Origin: Octopus vulgaris
Lineage: Eukaryota
NCBI GenBank assembly: GCA_951406725.2
Contig: OX597824.1
Location: forward strand, 47,120,001 to 47,184,000
Direction of reading: 5' to 3'
Length of the DNA: 64,000 bases
Part shown: positions 1 through 13,000 of the stretch, piece by piece
Layout: each line of letters begins with the position of its first letter
How positions within the stretch are numbered: the stretch's first letter is position 1
Position numbers and translations under genes: made by a program
The notes under the pieces: generated by a model
The model's input: only the letters and a program-made list of their open reading frames with translations
Told to the model about the DNA's origin: nothing
Databases searched by the model: none

Positions 1-1104
1 AACACATATCGTGTAGCGGTTGTGGCTTCAATGCTGTGACAGGTTAACTGGAACAGAAGAATCTCGTAGATAGACGGTGCTGTTTATCCTTGGTGTGCAT
101 ATGCACAAAACAGCGTGCACGCTAAAGTTCCGCGAGTTGCTATGTACATCTTGGTGGAGGTCGACGGTGTTGAAAGGCGACGTTGGTGGTGGAAGGCGAC
201 TGTAGTGGACTTGGGACAACATCGTTCTCAGTGATGATGGCGACGAAGATAGCGACGACGTGAAGTAGACAGACGACGAAGGTGGAGAAAAGGCATCGAA
301 TATATGATGGCGTCCGTCATCATGGCTGTAGAAGAAGAAAGAGGCTCCTTCTACTACTGTTTGTGGTGGCCGGAAACAAATCGTCGAAAGATGAATGCGT
401 AGTGTTAAATCGTGTTCCGACTTCGCAGAAAAACTGGATTTTTTTGTTGATAAGTGATCTCTGGTTTTAGACCAGAATCACGTCGGGGTCACCACTTGTA
501 ACGAACTTAATGTGAAGTGTATATCCTAGTGCACTTTTGGGGTGCACAAAGCAATCACTCACTAGCCGTTGCTTTAATAATCCAAATCTCTACTAGTCAG
601 AAACAACAAGACGCAGACGTAAAATATACATATAACTACTTTATTCTCTTTCTTGGTAAACAATAACAATAAGTGTGTTATCTGATGTCCTTGATTCTGG
701 GCGCGCAAGGCTGAAAGTTAATAGATTGTAATATTTACAATCTTCAGCCCAAAACAGAAAGGGGTCAAGATGGCGTCGAACAATGGAGACGATGTTGGTC
801 TGCAACAATTTTGGTTAAAAGTCTTCGGCCAAAGGACTGCTAGAATCTAATCCTGACGGAGAGAATATATGCGTGACCGTCGCCTTCAATCGCTGGTTCC
901 CAAGTCATTGGCTGCTGCTGCTAGCGGTCAAACGTTCTACGACCCCCTTGCCTCGCTAACTGCTACGTAGGCAATAGGGTCGTGCTACCGGTGGTTCGCG
1001 CATGCGCGAGAGGGGCCTTCCTTTCTGTGCCTTGGTAAAGGCACCAACACGCGCGAAATACAAATGGGCGGTGCGCGAGCGCGCGCCGTTGTCGGATCAC
1101 TACA
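1..1104 (-). mobile_element. 5' end of an LTR retrotransposon (Ty3/gypsy-like): LTR 497-1104, PBS 477-494, leader/gag region running off the window
   Basis: On the - strand the LTR starts TGTAGTGA (1104) and ends TCGTTACA (497). After 2 nt comes TGGTGACCCCGACGTGAT, the 18-nt tRNA-Trp primer-binding site. AATAAA lies within the LTR (- strand, ~640-645). Confidence 0.85.
477..494 (-). promoter_or_regulatory. tRNA-Trp primer binding site
   Basis: Reverse complement reads TGGTGACCCCGACGTGAT, complementary to the tRNA-Trp 3' end (same PBS as avian retroviruses, from memory); 2 nt from the LTR end. Confidence 0.9.
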
Positions 1105-2180
1105 GTCTCTTTGTGATGTTGTTTATACTTTCTGTAAACCCCTTGTCATTCATGTTAAGGAAACAGAAATACCAAAACACCACTGTTTCTTTGTGGATGA
1201 CTTAAAACTTTATGCAAAGAATATACATGGGATGAAAAAGAACCTTCACCTAGTTACAACATTCTCAAAGGATGTAGGGTTGGAGTTTTATCAGGATAAA
1301 TGTTGTTATATGGTTGTGAAAAGGGGGGAAACTATAAACCAGACCAGTAACATCTCCATCAATGATTTCACTGTTTCCCCTGTATCTGACGAGGAATGTT
1401 ACAGGTATCTAGGGGTGGATGAAAATATTATCTTACGATGGCACCTGTAACAAAATACGAGTCACTAAAGAATATTACAGCCGAATAAAGAAAATTTGGA
1501 ACACAGAAATCTCTGCATTCAATAAAACAGTGGCCCACAGTGTGTTTGCAGTGCCAATACCCATACCAACATTTGGGCTGCTTGATTGGACGCTTGATGA
1601 GATCCAAGCCATAATTTTCACATAAACAGTGACATACACCGCCACTGCCTTAAACAAAAACAAGGTGGCAGAGGCTTAACATCGATCCAAAATGCTTTTC
1701 AATGTCGCATCATATCCCTTCGGCAACATCTTTTAACAACCAAGTGTCGAAGTGCGTCCCTTGACCAAGTTTGCATACATGAGGCTGATAACATCATAAG
1801 ACTTGGAAGGCAGCTCCTTGAGCAACACTCTTTGTAAGATAACCTAGAATTCATGCCCAAAGAAGTCGCTCGGCTCTACCGCAATGTTTCATCAGATGAA
1901 GGGATGAGAGTATATCAGCAGAAGATTATGCATGTATATGTTAGTAGAAAGCTCCGTGATGATAGTAACATCGATCATCAAAGCAGTTTATCATGGACCA
2001 ACAACCGGATTACCAACTCCCACTTTGAAGGGTATGCGTTTTCAATCTAGGAAGAGGATAGAGATGCAGGAAAAGCAGTAAAACGTGACAACCGATGCAA
2101 ACTTTGTGTTGTTCACACTGAAGATATCACCCACATTATAAGCGGTCGTCCGAAAATGTCATTACGGTATTATCTACTAC
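1105..2180 (+). mobile_element. Degenerate RLE-type non-LTR retrotransposon (R4/Dong-like), RT to CCHC region
   Basis: Frameshifted pieces: SL.VMLFILSVNPLSF (RT motif after QGD), FFVDDLKLYAK, GLEF..DKC, YRYLGVDEN, and NRCKLCVVHTEDITHIISG (CCHC knuckle). Stops and frameshifts present. Confidence 0.8.
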
Positions 2181-2413
2181 CATCTGTTCCCCAACATGAA
2201 AAAATACTGGGTTTAGAACCTGTTTTGCAGTGTTGATGACTTTTTGAGCAACAGGATGAAAGCTTATTCACTAATGGGATCCAAGCCAAGCACTGAAACA
2301 CTGATACAAGAAATGTGTGGACCATAAAGGAGACTATGTTGTAAAATAAGCGTCATTTGGTTACATTCCATGAGAGTATCATGGTCAGTTTATGAAACTT
2401 TCAGCCAACCTCG
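2181..2413 (+). mobile_element. 3' fragment of a mariner-like element with terminal TIR
   Basis: Degenerate HLFPNMKK...KCVDHKGDYV C-terminal transposase motif; ends ...AACTTTTCAGCCAACCTCG. Confidence 0.65.
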
Positions 2414-2439
2414 CATGAATTACTTATTGAACGCCCCTC

Positions 2440-2490
<51 letters not shown>

Positions 2491-2491
<1 letters not shown>

Positions 2492-3772
2492 GAGGGGCGT
2501 TCAATAAGTAATGCCCTGACCCACTTCCCATAGCAGTAGAGCAACGAAACTTGGCACAGTTATTAGTCTTTTTCTACATAGGAACCACCCAGAGTTACGC
2601 ATTTCTTTGATGCAGCTCTGGAGACCGTTTTTGTAGAAGACCCCAGCTTGGTCCTCCAACCATGACGTGACTTCAGAAATCAAGGCTGCATCATCTGGGA
2701 AACGCTTTCCTTTCAAAAACAACTTCATGACTGGGAAGAGGTGAAAATCAGAGGGTGCAAGGTCAGGAAAGTAGGGGGATGGGGGAGGAGTTCATAGCCA
2801 TACGCCTGTGCTTCTGATCTGGCGACAAGCGAGTTGTGGACCGGAGCGTTGTCCTGCAGGAGGAGGATGTCTTTGCTGATCTTGCCCCGCCTCTTGATTT
2901 TGATAACTTCTCTTAATTTCCTCAAAAGTGAAGCATAATAGGCTCCTGCAATTGTGGTACCCTTTGCCAGGAAATCTGTCATCACTACTCCGTCCTGGTC
3001 CCAGAAGACTGTGAGCATGACCTTGCCAGCGGAGGGTTGCACCCTTGCCTTCTTTGGAGGGGGTGAGTCACGGTGCTTCCACTGCATTGACTGGGCTTTG
3101 GTCTCTGGATCATCGTGATGGACCCAGGTTTCATCCTGTGTAATCAGTCTTTTGAAAAATTTTGACTCATCTTCTTGGCACATCTCCAAATTCACCCTCG
3201 AGCACTCGACGCGTTCTTGCTTCTGGAAAGGCGTGAGCAACCTGGGAATCCATCTGGCAGACACCTTTTGCATATGCAAATGGGTCATGAATGATAATTT
3301 CCACAGACCCGGTACTAATCTTGACCTCATGGGCTATTTGGCGAATAATTATGCGTCGATCTTCCAAAATGGCAGCCTCAACTTGACGGACAGATGCCTC
3401 ATCAATGGCAGAAGGGGCGACCAGATCTGGGAGCTGTTTCCACAGAGTTCCGACCATGTTTGAATTCACGATGCCAGCGTTTTACAAGGACATATGATGG
3501 GGCATCATCACCATAAGTTACTTTCATTTCATCAAAAGTCTCCCGTGGTGTGCGTCCTTTCAAATATAAAAACCGGATCACTGTTCGACACTCAACAGGC
3601 TCCATTTCACACTTGACTCGGTTCAAACACCTGTAAATCAGAAACCACAATTAACTCAGAGCTGTAATTTGCCACTTACTCTATAGAGATATAAATGATT
3701 GCACATGCAAAATTTCAGCTAGATCCAACAACTGCAAGTGGGTCAGAGGCATTACTTATTGAACGTCCCTCG
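2491..3772 (-). mobile_element. Full-length (1282 bp) mariner DD34D element, irritans-like, transposase frameshifted
   Basis: TIRs CGAGGGGCGTTCAATAAGTAATGCC / GGCATTACTTATTGAACGTCCCTCG with TA on both sides. Motifs MEPVECRTVIRFL, PRSGRP, WIPRLLT, DETWVH, SAGKVMLTVFWD, QDNAPVH, HPP are split over several frames. Confidence 0.95.
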
Positions 3773-4141
3773 TATATGGTCATTACTCGGAGTTTTATCG
3801 ATCAGATGTCTGCTATGAATAAAACTTTAAGCCGCATTCGGCTTGAAAGACTGACTCTTGTTGGTTATTGATAATCTTCGTTCCAATTTTGATGCGATGA
3901 AAATTGTTGCCTAACGATGTAATGGGAACAATTCCGTCAACATTAAATTTCGTTCGCGGTAGAATTATCTGGGACAGTAATTAGAAATCACCTCAGATTT
4001 CTATCAAGAGTGACAAAGAGTCCAGAAATAAGTTTTCCTTCCTTTCTATTACACAATCGTTTTGATTTTAGCGTCCTATAATTCTCTTCCCAGAAATCCG
4101 GCTTCGTACAGTAAATATGAAACGATTTTTGTTTTCCTCAG

Positions 4142-4306
4142 GAGCCAAAAAGCGCAATTTGGTAAAGTGCGTCTACGAAATGAAAGTCTATTATGCAGGC
4201 GCTAGATTCTTGTCCAAAGAAGGCTGCAAGACATGTTTCTGTTTGACCAGTGGCAGTGTATATTGTACCAGTGGAAATTGTAAAGAGAAACCCCGAAAGA
4301 AATTAA
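4142..4306 (+). CDS. Exon encoding a 6-Cys VWC/pacifastin-like domain
   Basis: ttttgttttcctcag acceptor, gtaag donor, 165 nt phase 1-1; C-x-Y-x3-Y-x2-G-x2-F...C-x-x-C-x-C-x3-G-x3-C-T-x3-C pattern. Confidence 0.8.
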
Positions 4307-4439
4307 GTAAGAACATATCTTTCTCTCAAATCATTATAATTTAGTTAATTACTTTTATACACATTCCATCTGCACGTCTTCATGCTGTTTGTTATTGTTA
4401 TTTTTAATGTTCGCTTTTATTTGATTTGACTATATATAA

Positions 4440-4484
<45 letters not shown>

Positions 4485-5513
4485 TAATACTAAAACTCGA
4501 GAGATGTTTGTGTGTAACCGAAATATCTCAGACATATTTTTTTTTGCATATTTATTTTCATACTTACCTTCGGCAGTGCAGTACAAATTTTTAAAATATC
4601 TGGACGTCTATTTATTAATGAAAACGATTAAACACAATTTTTTTGTGTGTTATTTCTTCACGAAAAAAGAACATGGCTCCTGTGACGTCAACTTACATAC
4701 ACACATATAGAATACACACACATATAAGGAATGTCATGGCTTTTAAATCAACACAAACACACGTCCGCTATCTGTGGCATATACACACACATTTACACAC
4801 ATATGCATGTGTATATGAAATGGACGTGTGTGTGTGAATGTGAGAGAGAAAGAGAGAGAGGGGGAGAGAGTGAGTGAAGGGGTGTGTTGTCATGTATACG
4901 TACATACATCAATACATATGTGTACATCTGTTTTGCATGTACGTGTGCATGTGTGTGTGGGAGAGAGAGAGAGTGAGTGAACGTGTGTGTTCTCATGTAT
5001 GTGTAAGTGATACTCTCTCTCTCACACACACAAACGCACGCACGCGCGTCTATTTTAATATACACGTCCGTACACCTTTCACTTTCTCCTCTATTTCACT
5101 TTAAAACAACAGTAAATAAATAAATAAAAATTACGGAAATTAACGAACAAAACCAGCAGATCCGGATGACAGATCAAAGCGACAGTTCTGAGAGTCAAAG
5201 TGAAAGATCGCCTCAAGGGAATGCCACTACAAAAGTTTTTCGGGTACATTCAACGTATCTCACCTCCAAAGATTTGGCTGCTATTTCTAGCGCGCCTTTC
5301 TACCACGTAACAGCTATTTTCAATGAAGGACCCGCAATAACTATTACGTGTTATCAGGGCGTGCAAGAAATAGCAGTTAAATCTTTCCTTTTCTGTGGAA
5401 AGAGACCATTTACGCGTGATTTCTATGTCACATTCGTTGAAATTATGCGAAATAACCTGGAAAAGAAAAAAAACCCACTAAACATCTTTGTTAATACATT
5501 GGTATTGAATTGC

Positions 5514-5599
<86 letters not shown>

Positions 5600-7987
5600 A
5601 ACTAGAGAGTTTGTTCATAATATTCTTGGGGATTTGTTTTTAGTTTTGGGATTTTTTTCTCTCTGTGTATGTACTCAGTAAGTTTGGTCTGCAACTGATC
5701 TAAGGTCTCTGCGATAAGAACGATGTTGTCTGCAAACTGAATTGATAAAATTTGTTAATAGCTCGCTGTTAATGTTGACACCACCTTTCCAGCCCGTCCC
5801 TAGTGACTGTTTTGAGGGATGCAGGGATGAACTTTGGAAAGACGGTAAATCCGGATCCAGAACTCTTACGAGTGGTGACAGCAGCGCTATAGCTCTCTCA
5901 TATATCTTTCGGGAGGTGACAGCAGAACTAATTATATAATCTCTGATCAGAAGAAAGGCGTGTATTTTGCCTTGTTGATTTGGTTTAACAAATAAGTATA
6001 TGATGTCATCAGAAAAGTGTGTTAATGTTTGCTTGTTAGTTTTTATAATGCTTTGTTTTCTTAGGGGGTGCCAAATTGTGAGTCTATGGTTGATCAGAAT
6101 ACGTTCACGAGAGGCGGTACTTTAATCATAATTGATTTTATATAACTAAACCCAGGCGTGGTTCAAATGAATACTATTATTGTTACTAATGAAAACACCG
6201 CCTTACGCGGGATTTTTGTTGTTTTGTTGTTATTTGTTCTTTGAGCAAAAAAAACTCTTGATTTGTCAATGATGGTACTATAAAACTATGGTTTTCAAAT
6301 TAAACCACAAACACATCACATAACATATAGAATGAGATTTTCCACTATGTGTGTGTGTGTGTGTATTTAAACTCAATTTACGTGGTATTATAGCTTTATG
6401 TGATATGCACCGAGGGCCATTATTCAAAAACAGAATTATTTCACTTCTCTCAAACATTTATATATTCTTACGACGTCATATATTTTATTTTATGCGCCCT
6501 TTTCAAGCCTAGACAGGCTCATGGGCCCGGTTTCCCGGTTTCTATGGCGTATGTCCCAGCTGGACGGGACGCCAATCCATCGCAGCGTTACTCAAGAAAC
6601 AGGAAGAAAGAATGAGAGAAAGTTGGGGCGAAAGAGTACAACAGGGATCTTTTCCTTTTGAACGGCAATTTTCAACACAATTTCTAGTTAACTAAACACT
6701 TTTAAACTTCGTATACTGGTAGAATGTGTCGAAATAAAACATTTTTCTCTCTTGGCTTTCTTGAGAAAATTGTAATTTGTAAGTTTAACGTAGTTTAATT
6801 TTTCGAATTTTAACTAATCGATTGCCTCTATTGAGCTAAAATCATTTGCTGCGTCTAAAACTGAGACAACATCCTGCCACTAACCCTCACCCTAACCCTA
6901 ACCCTAAATTTTAGCCTTTCATTTTTTGGGGTTTTCTTTTCTTAATTGTTAAATGAATTTAAGGATAACAATTAAGAAAAAAAACGAAAGGCTAAAACGA
7001 AAGCAATGGAAAATAATTTTAATTTAACAATTAAGAAAAAAAAGTGAAAGGCTAAAACGAAAGCAAAAACTCAAAACAAAAACAAAACGAATAACTTTAG
7101 ACACACGCGTAACAATTAAAATAATTCTATAATTTTATACACACGCTTTCCGTATATTCTGTATAAATGGCTGTTTACGTAAACATAACAGTGACAGGAT
7201 GTTGTCTCAGTTTTAGACGGAGCAGATGATTTTAGCTCAATAGAGGCGATTTATTGGTTAAAATTTGAAAAATTAAACTACATTAAACTTACAAATTACA
7301 ATTTTCTCAAGAAAGCCAAGAGAAAAAAATGTTTTATTTTGACACATTCTACCAGTATACGAAGTTTTAAAGTGTTTAGTTAACTAGAAATTGTGTTGAA
7401 AACTGCCGTTCAAAAGGAAAAGATCCTACAACAGGGGTCGCTACAACCCTCTGCCGGAGCTTCGTGGAGCTTTAGGTGTTTTCGCTCAATAAACCCACAC
7501 AACGCCCGGTCTGGAAATCGAAACTGCGATCCTCCGACCGTGAGTCCGCTGCCCTAACCACTGGACCATTGCTCCTCCACATATATAAATAAATGTGTGT
7601 GTGTGTAGGAGCAATGGCCCACTGGTTAAGAATAGGAGCTGATGGCTACTCTGAATTAGTTCTCTTTGTTCATTTTCCCTTCATTTAAGAAAATTACGTA
7701 AGTCATATAAGTGTGTTCTACTCTTCTTTGTATATATTGAAGAGATCCCCTACACACATACATACATACATACATACATGCTTTCTTTGTATTTTTCTAA
7801 CCACATTCGTCTTCAGAGGGTCACTAATTTCCACAACAGAACATATCTTTCTCTTGTGGTCCCACACGATATGTGGTCGGTTATGTTTTGGTAGCTGTTT
7901 TAATTTTCAAGTTCCACCAACATTCTTTTGACCCATTGATTGCAATGTCAACTTCGTTTGTAGGTATTTTCTTCTTTATTGTATGTA

Positions 7988-8035
<48 letters not shown>

Positions 8036-9181
8036 TTCATTTAACAATAGTTGATAAGGTACTACGCAGAGTATTACAAATGAAGTACAAACACAATCGA
8101 GCTTACAATATCTGATGATGAATGAAGCCTTATGTCCACAATACTCCAGCTAGGCCAACAGATATGGCATGTCATTGTTGTTGGTTGAACAGCTATAAAG
8201 AAAAGCATAGGTGAAAACTTTGATCGACATTCCTGGGTAACTAACTTATCTGCATGTTTCCTTTAAATTGGAATCAATAAGTCCATAGATACACAGACAT
8301 ACAGAAATTGTCCAAAAGGAATTTTTCTGACAACTCAATAGCATTTCACATATTTAGTTATATTTAGTTAATATTGCAGACTGTTTTACTATCTGGAACA
8401 CTTCAGTTAGACATAGTGTACAACTTCAAGATTCCTTGAAGTATTATGTATAACTTTGTCGACAGACATCAATCAACTCTACATTTACTGATTTGTGACC
8501 ATAAACTGGTAAATATATACATACATATACAAAAACATTCTCACAAACACACACACATTCACACACACACACATATATATATATGTAGAAGGGGAGAGTG
8601 AGATGCATTTGTATATGCATGTATATATATATGGTGGCTGCCCCCTCGTTATCGAGTATGGCCATTGCACGAAGCTTAATCAATGTTGTTATCATGCAAT
8701 GCCTATGCAAGAAATTTTTTTTATAGTGAGGGAAGGCTGTGCACTGAGTCAATTCCACTCACTAAGCAATAGCAGCCATAATCCGAAAAGAAGAACAAGT
8801 CAACATCATCGGTAACCACTGAGCCACAGGTTTTATGTCGGAGTTATCCCAGTTACCTGAGTTGCCTTCTCCTAGAAGGATGCCCTAACAAAGGCTAGGA
8901 GTCCTTCACTCCCAATGGTTTAACCGCGCAATCGGGTATTCAGTCCGAGTATTTCTATGTCCCCGTGCATGATACAGCCTTAAGACATTTATTGGATGGC
9001 CATTGACTCTCAAGAGTTCCTCCGCCCTTTGACAGGTTTTGTTTTTCATCCTGCAGGGTGTCCAATAAACACCCTCCTCACCAAGCAAGCTTGGTGGGGT
9101 TGCTGGTTTAGTCGCCGATGACCCGACCATGCAACAGGTTGTACTGAGTTACATGTTACTAGTAGCACTCGAAAGTGACCT

Positions 9182-9233
<52 letters not shown>

Positions 9234-9508
9234 AACATATACACACACACACACACACACATGTAAATGTCAAACGATGAAAATGAGTGCTCAACACTGC
9301 ATTGGGAGATAAAATTTCTTTATTTGTGAATTAAGGCTACCATTGGTTTCATGTTAAGAAAAGAGGGAAAATATCTTAATATGAACCAATTTTAGAACAT
9401 AACTGTCACTACATAAACCTGATGATTGTGTACTGCATGAAAGTACTAGTTTATTTCAATATTGTAAAATTGTAAAAATTGCAATAAAACATGAAAATCA
9501 TACCATTG

Positions 9509-9594
<86 letters not shown>

Positions 9595-10042
9595 CGTGCA
9601 TATGTGTGTGTGTTTATAGGTACTATTTACAGAGCAGAAATGTGTGTGTATGCATGAAACTCTCAGCCTTTCAGTCACTCTGTTGCTTTTGTTAAATATT
9701 AATAATATATATATACTTTTTATATGAGTTTTTTAGGGAGCAGAAATAATTGTAAAATTAGTCACCTAATAAAGAAAATTCTTAATCTAACACATTCTAC
9801 TTATTCAAAAATATCTAGTACATAATATATGTGCATCTGTTTGAGTGGAAAGTTTATGTATATGTGTATTCAGTCCACTCTGTTGGATGGTTGGTGTTAA
9901 GGGCGTCCACCCATAAAAACCATGCCAAAACAGACACAGAAGCCTGGTGCAGTCTTCTGCCTGACCAGCTCCTATCAAACGATCCAACCCATGCCAGCAT
10001 GGAAGACAAATGTTAAACGATGATGATGTATTTAAGTGTGGG

Positions 10043-10093
<51 letters not shown>

Positions 10094-13000
10094 TACATAT
10101 ACATTCACACTCACACATATGCATTTGTGTATGCATATTTGTATATATGTATTTGTATGTGTATGTATGTACGTATGTATGCATGCATCATACCTGTATG
10201 TATACATACACACACACACACACAAACATATTCCCTATATGTAAATAAATCTGCATGTGTCAGTACATGTGAGCCAAGTGAATGATTCTTTTCATGCTGT
10301 TTTGTCTTGTATTTTGGGACATATTTCCTCGTTTGTATATTACAAATACTGGAGACTTAAGTACTTGAGCTGATAGAAAATCAGCTCAACCCAGTGTAAG
10401 AAATATCATTTTGAGACTGGTGGCCTATTAAATTGCACCCGTCAGCCTTGTATTTCTAAGGACGGTAACTATCTCTTTTGTCAGCCATGTTTACATTGTA
10501 GGTTGACAAGTTGATTTTTTGCATTCCTTCCTCAGGCCTTTTTTATTAACTTTTTTCTTGATTCATTATAGAATCTACTTATTTTTAGTTTTTTCTTTGT
10601 CTTTTCTACTTTTATATTATTGTATTTGTTCGTGTGCCTGATTTATCATTTCTATCTATTTCTGTTTAAATATAAATATATATGTCGTTGGATTTGTTTT
10701 CTTTTCTTCTTAGAATTTATTTTCTGTTCAAATACACACGGATCTTTGTTATTGAAACGTAGATAAGATTATTACATAATTTCAGCTCTCAGGTAGACAG
10801 TGCTGAGTATTGCAGCACAAGTAGTCACCTGGGGTGCCACGTGCTACTTGTGCGCCATATCATGTGCTGGGGATTTTCCAAATACAAAGATGAAAATATC
10901 AAAATAATAAATAAGATTAGGTACAAATAAAATTTGAAAATTCTTTGCATGGAGTTAAGCTTGTTCTAAAATATAAACTAACGCAATATCTTCATTAAAA
11001 TAAATATTGCCAATTATAATTTCTCAAAGATGTATAGCAGGCAAGGGGCTATCCTTTTCAAGAAGTGGGCCACATGCAAATAAGTTATGGAAGGTCTTGC
11101 CAAATTTGTGGACTGTATTAAAAGCAATGCTTACTGTAGTTATAACTATGGCCATGGAAAAGAGGAAGAAAAGCTTATAAAGACAAATTTGTAGACAATT
11201 GCCAATAGAAATTTTGTTGTGTCTAGGGAGAGTCATAATGCCAATATTAATAACATGCGCCAGTTCAATTCCAATAGAAAATTATCTTCTAAAAAGGATA
11301 GATGAACAGTGTCATGAATACATTAGCAGATCTAAACACAAGAGGTATTTGTGATTTTTAATGTCTATATATACATTTTTTTTCCATATCTAATAAATTA
11401 GGAAAAAATCCATTAGAACTTCAGAAAAATCAACTGAATACTTTGGATTTTCACTCACTTCCCCTCATCCTCACTGTGTTTATCTATATCAAAGGTTCTC
11501 AACCCATTTTAGTCCCTTCTGAGCCTTGGAGTCACAAATGGCACCCCCTAGAAAATATTTTTTTTTGCAATATACTACTTATTTTGATATCAGCAGATAA
11601 TGATTAAAAAATAAAGGACATTGTTTTGCATATGCGTTTGTACACAGTCAGGAGTACAGATGTACAAATTGAAATGCAAAAAAAACAAAATAATGAATTG
11701 GTAATTGCATTTATTTCCACCACGTGACATTAAGAGATCAACGTATTGTCTATCAAAAGAGTGCTCTTTGGTACAAGTAAATGCTGATGATATCATTTCT
11801 AACTTTTCCAATTTCCCTTATCAAAACAGCTAGAACTTGTGCAACAATTTGACATATAAGTTATTGTCAACCAGGAAGAGGACTTTTTATGCTCAAGAAA
11901 GAGAGTGTATTTGATAAAAATTGTTAAAATACATATATACTTCATACGAGTAGCAAATTGTGGAGGATGGTATTCACTGTACTTGGATCTAGTTAGTTTG
12001 AGACACAAAATCAGCCCCCTTTTAAAATGGTGTAACAAAAAATCTGAAAATTTGTCATATTAAACATTCATTTCTTATTCAGGATCTAGTTTGCTTCATT
12101 CACAAAATCTGCATTTTTTTAAAAGGAAATAGAAAATCTGAAAATTGGTTATCTTGATGCAGTTTCCCACACTTATTCCTATGAAGTCATGAACTTCTGA
12201 AGAAAAAATTTGACACACAATTTTTTTTTCCATTCGTGGTTTTATAATAGGGACAGTCCAAATCTACTGTTTGCTTCTCTTTATAATTTCCAAATAATAT
12301 TTCAAATACTTCAAAATCAAAATTGCATAAATATGAGTGCCAGAAACAGTAGTTAAAAATTAAGGAAATAGATTTTTGGGAGATCTCTTGTGACTGACTT
12401 TTACTCCATTATTCTAATATCTTCTAAAACTTATAGATATAGATGTATAAATGCATACAAAAACATACAAATATATACACACACACATACATTTTTACAT
12501 AGTTTTATATACATCCTTGTATATACATAAATATTTCGACATATCTACACAATTGTGCCCCAAAGATTTGCTTCTTCATAACCTTGAGAAAATTAAATAT
12601 TTCTTTTCTACAAAAATGCTTTAGATCATGTAGATTCCAATTAAATTAGAATTCATTGGGAAAACTGTTTGTCCCTAAAGGAGCTTTAGAAAATTCACAC
12701 CATTAGGCTTTGTTGTTGTGTGTGTATATATATATATATATAATATAATATATGTGGGTGTATATGTATTGTTTTAATTATATCTTTATACATGCACATA
12801 CACATATAAAAAACTGGCACACTGTTGGTTACGACGATCACAAGTATCCAAAACTTCACCACTCTTCCAACTTCATTTTTCCTCTTAAAAAGAAGGCTTT
12901 CGTCTACTTGGACTATATGTCATACCTCTGCATGGCTGTTTGTCTGCTAATATTGCTGATGGAAATGCAGCTTGTCACTGGCATTTCACATATAAAGTCC

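Noticed and set aside
5166-5939. 171-aa ORF and possible exon in a CpG-richer intronic region
   Set aside because: No recognisable domain, runs through (GT)n, and no phase-compatible exon could be supported.
6065-6077. Possible 13-nt microexon (ttcttag|GGGGTGCCAAATT|gtgagt)
   Set aside because: Good-looking splice sites, but it would shift the frame between the phase-1 exons; needs RNA evidence.
8750-9185. HDV-like ribozyme in the RTE-like 5' fragment
   Set aside because: Hairpins are present but I could not assign the nested double pseudoknot by eye; needs an RNArobo/Infernal search.
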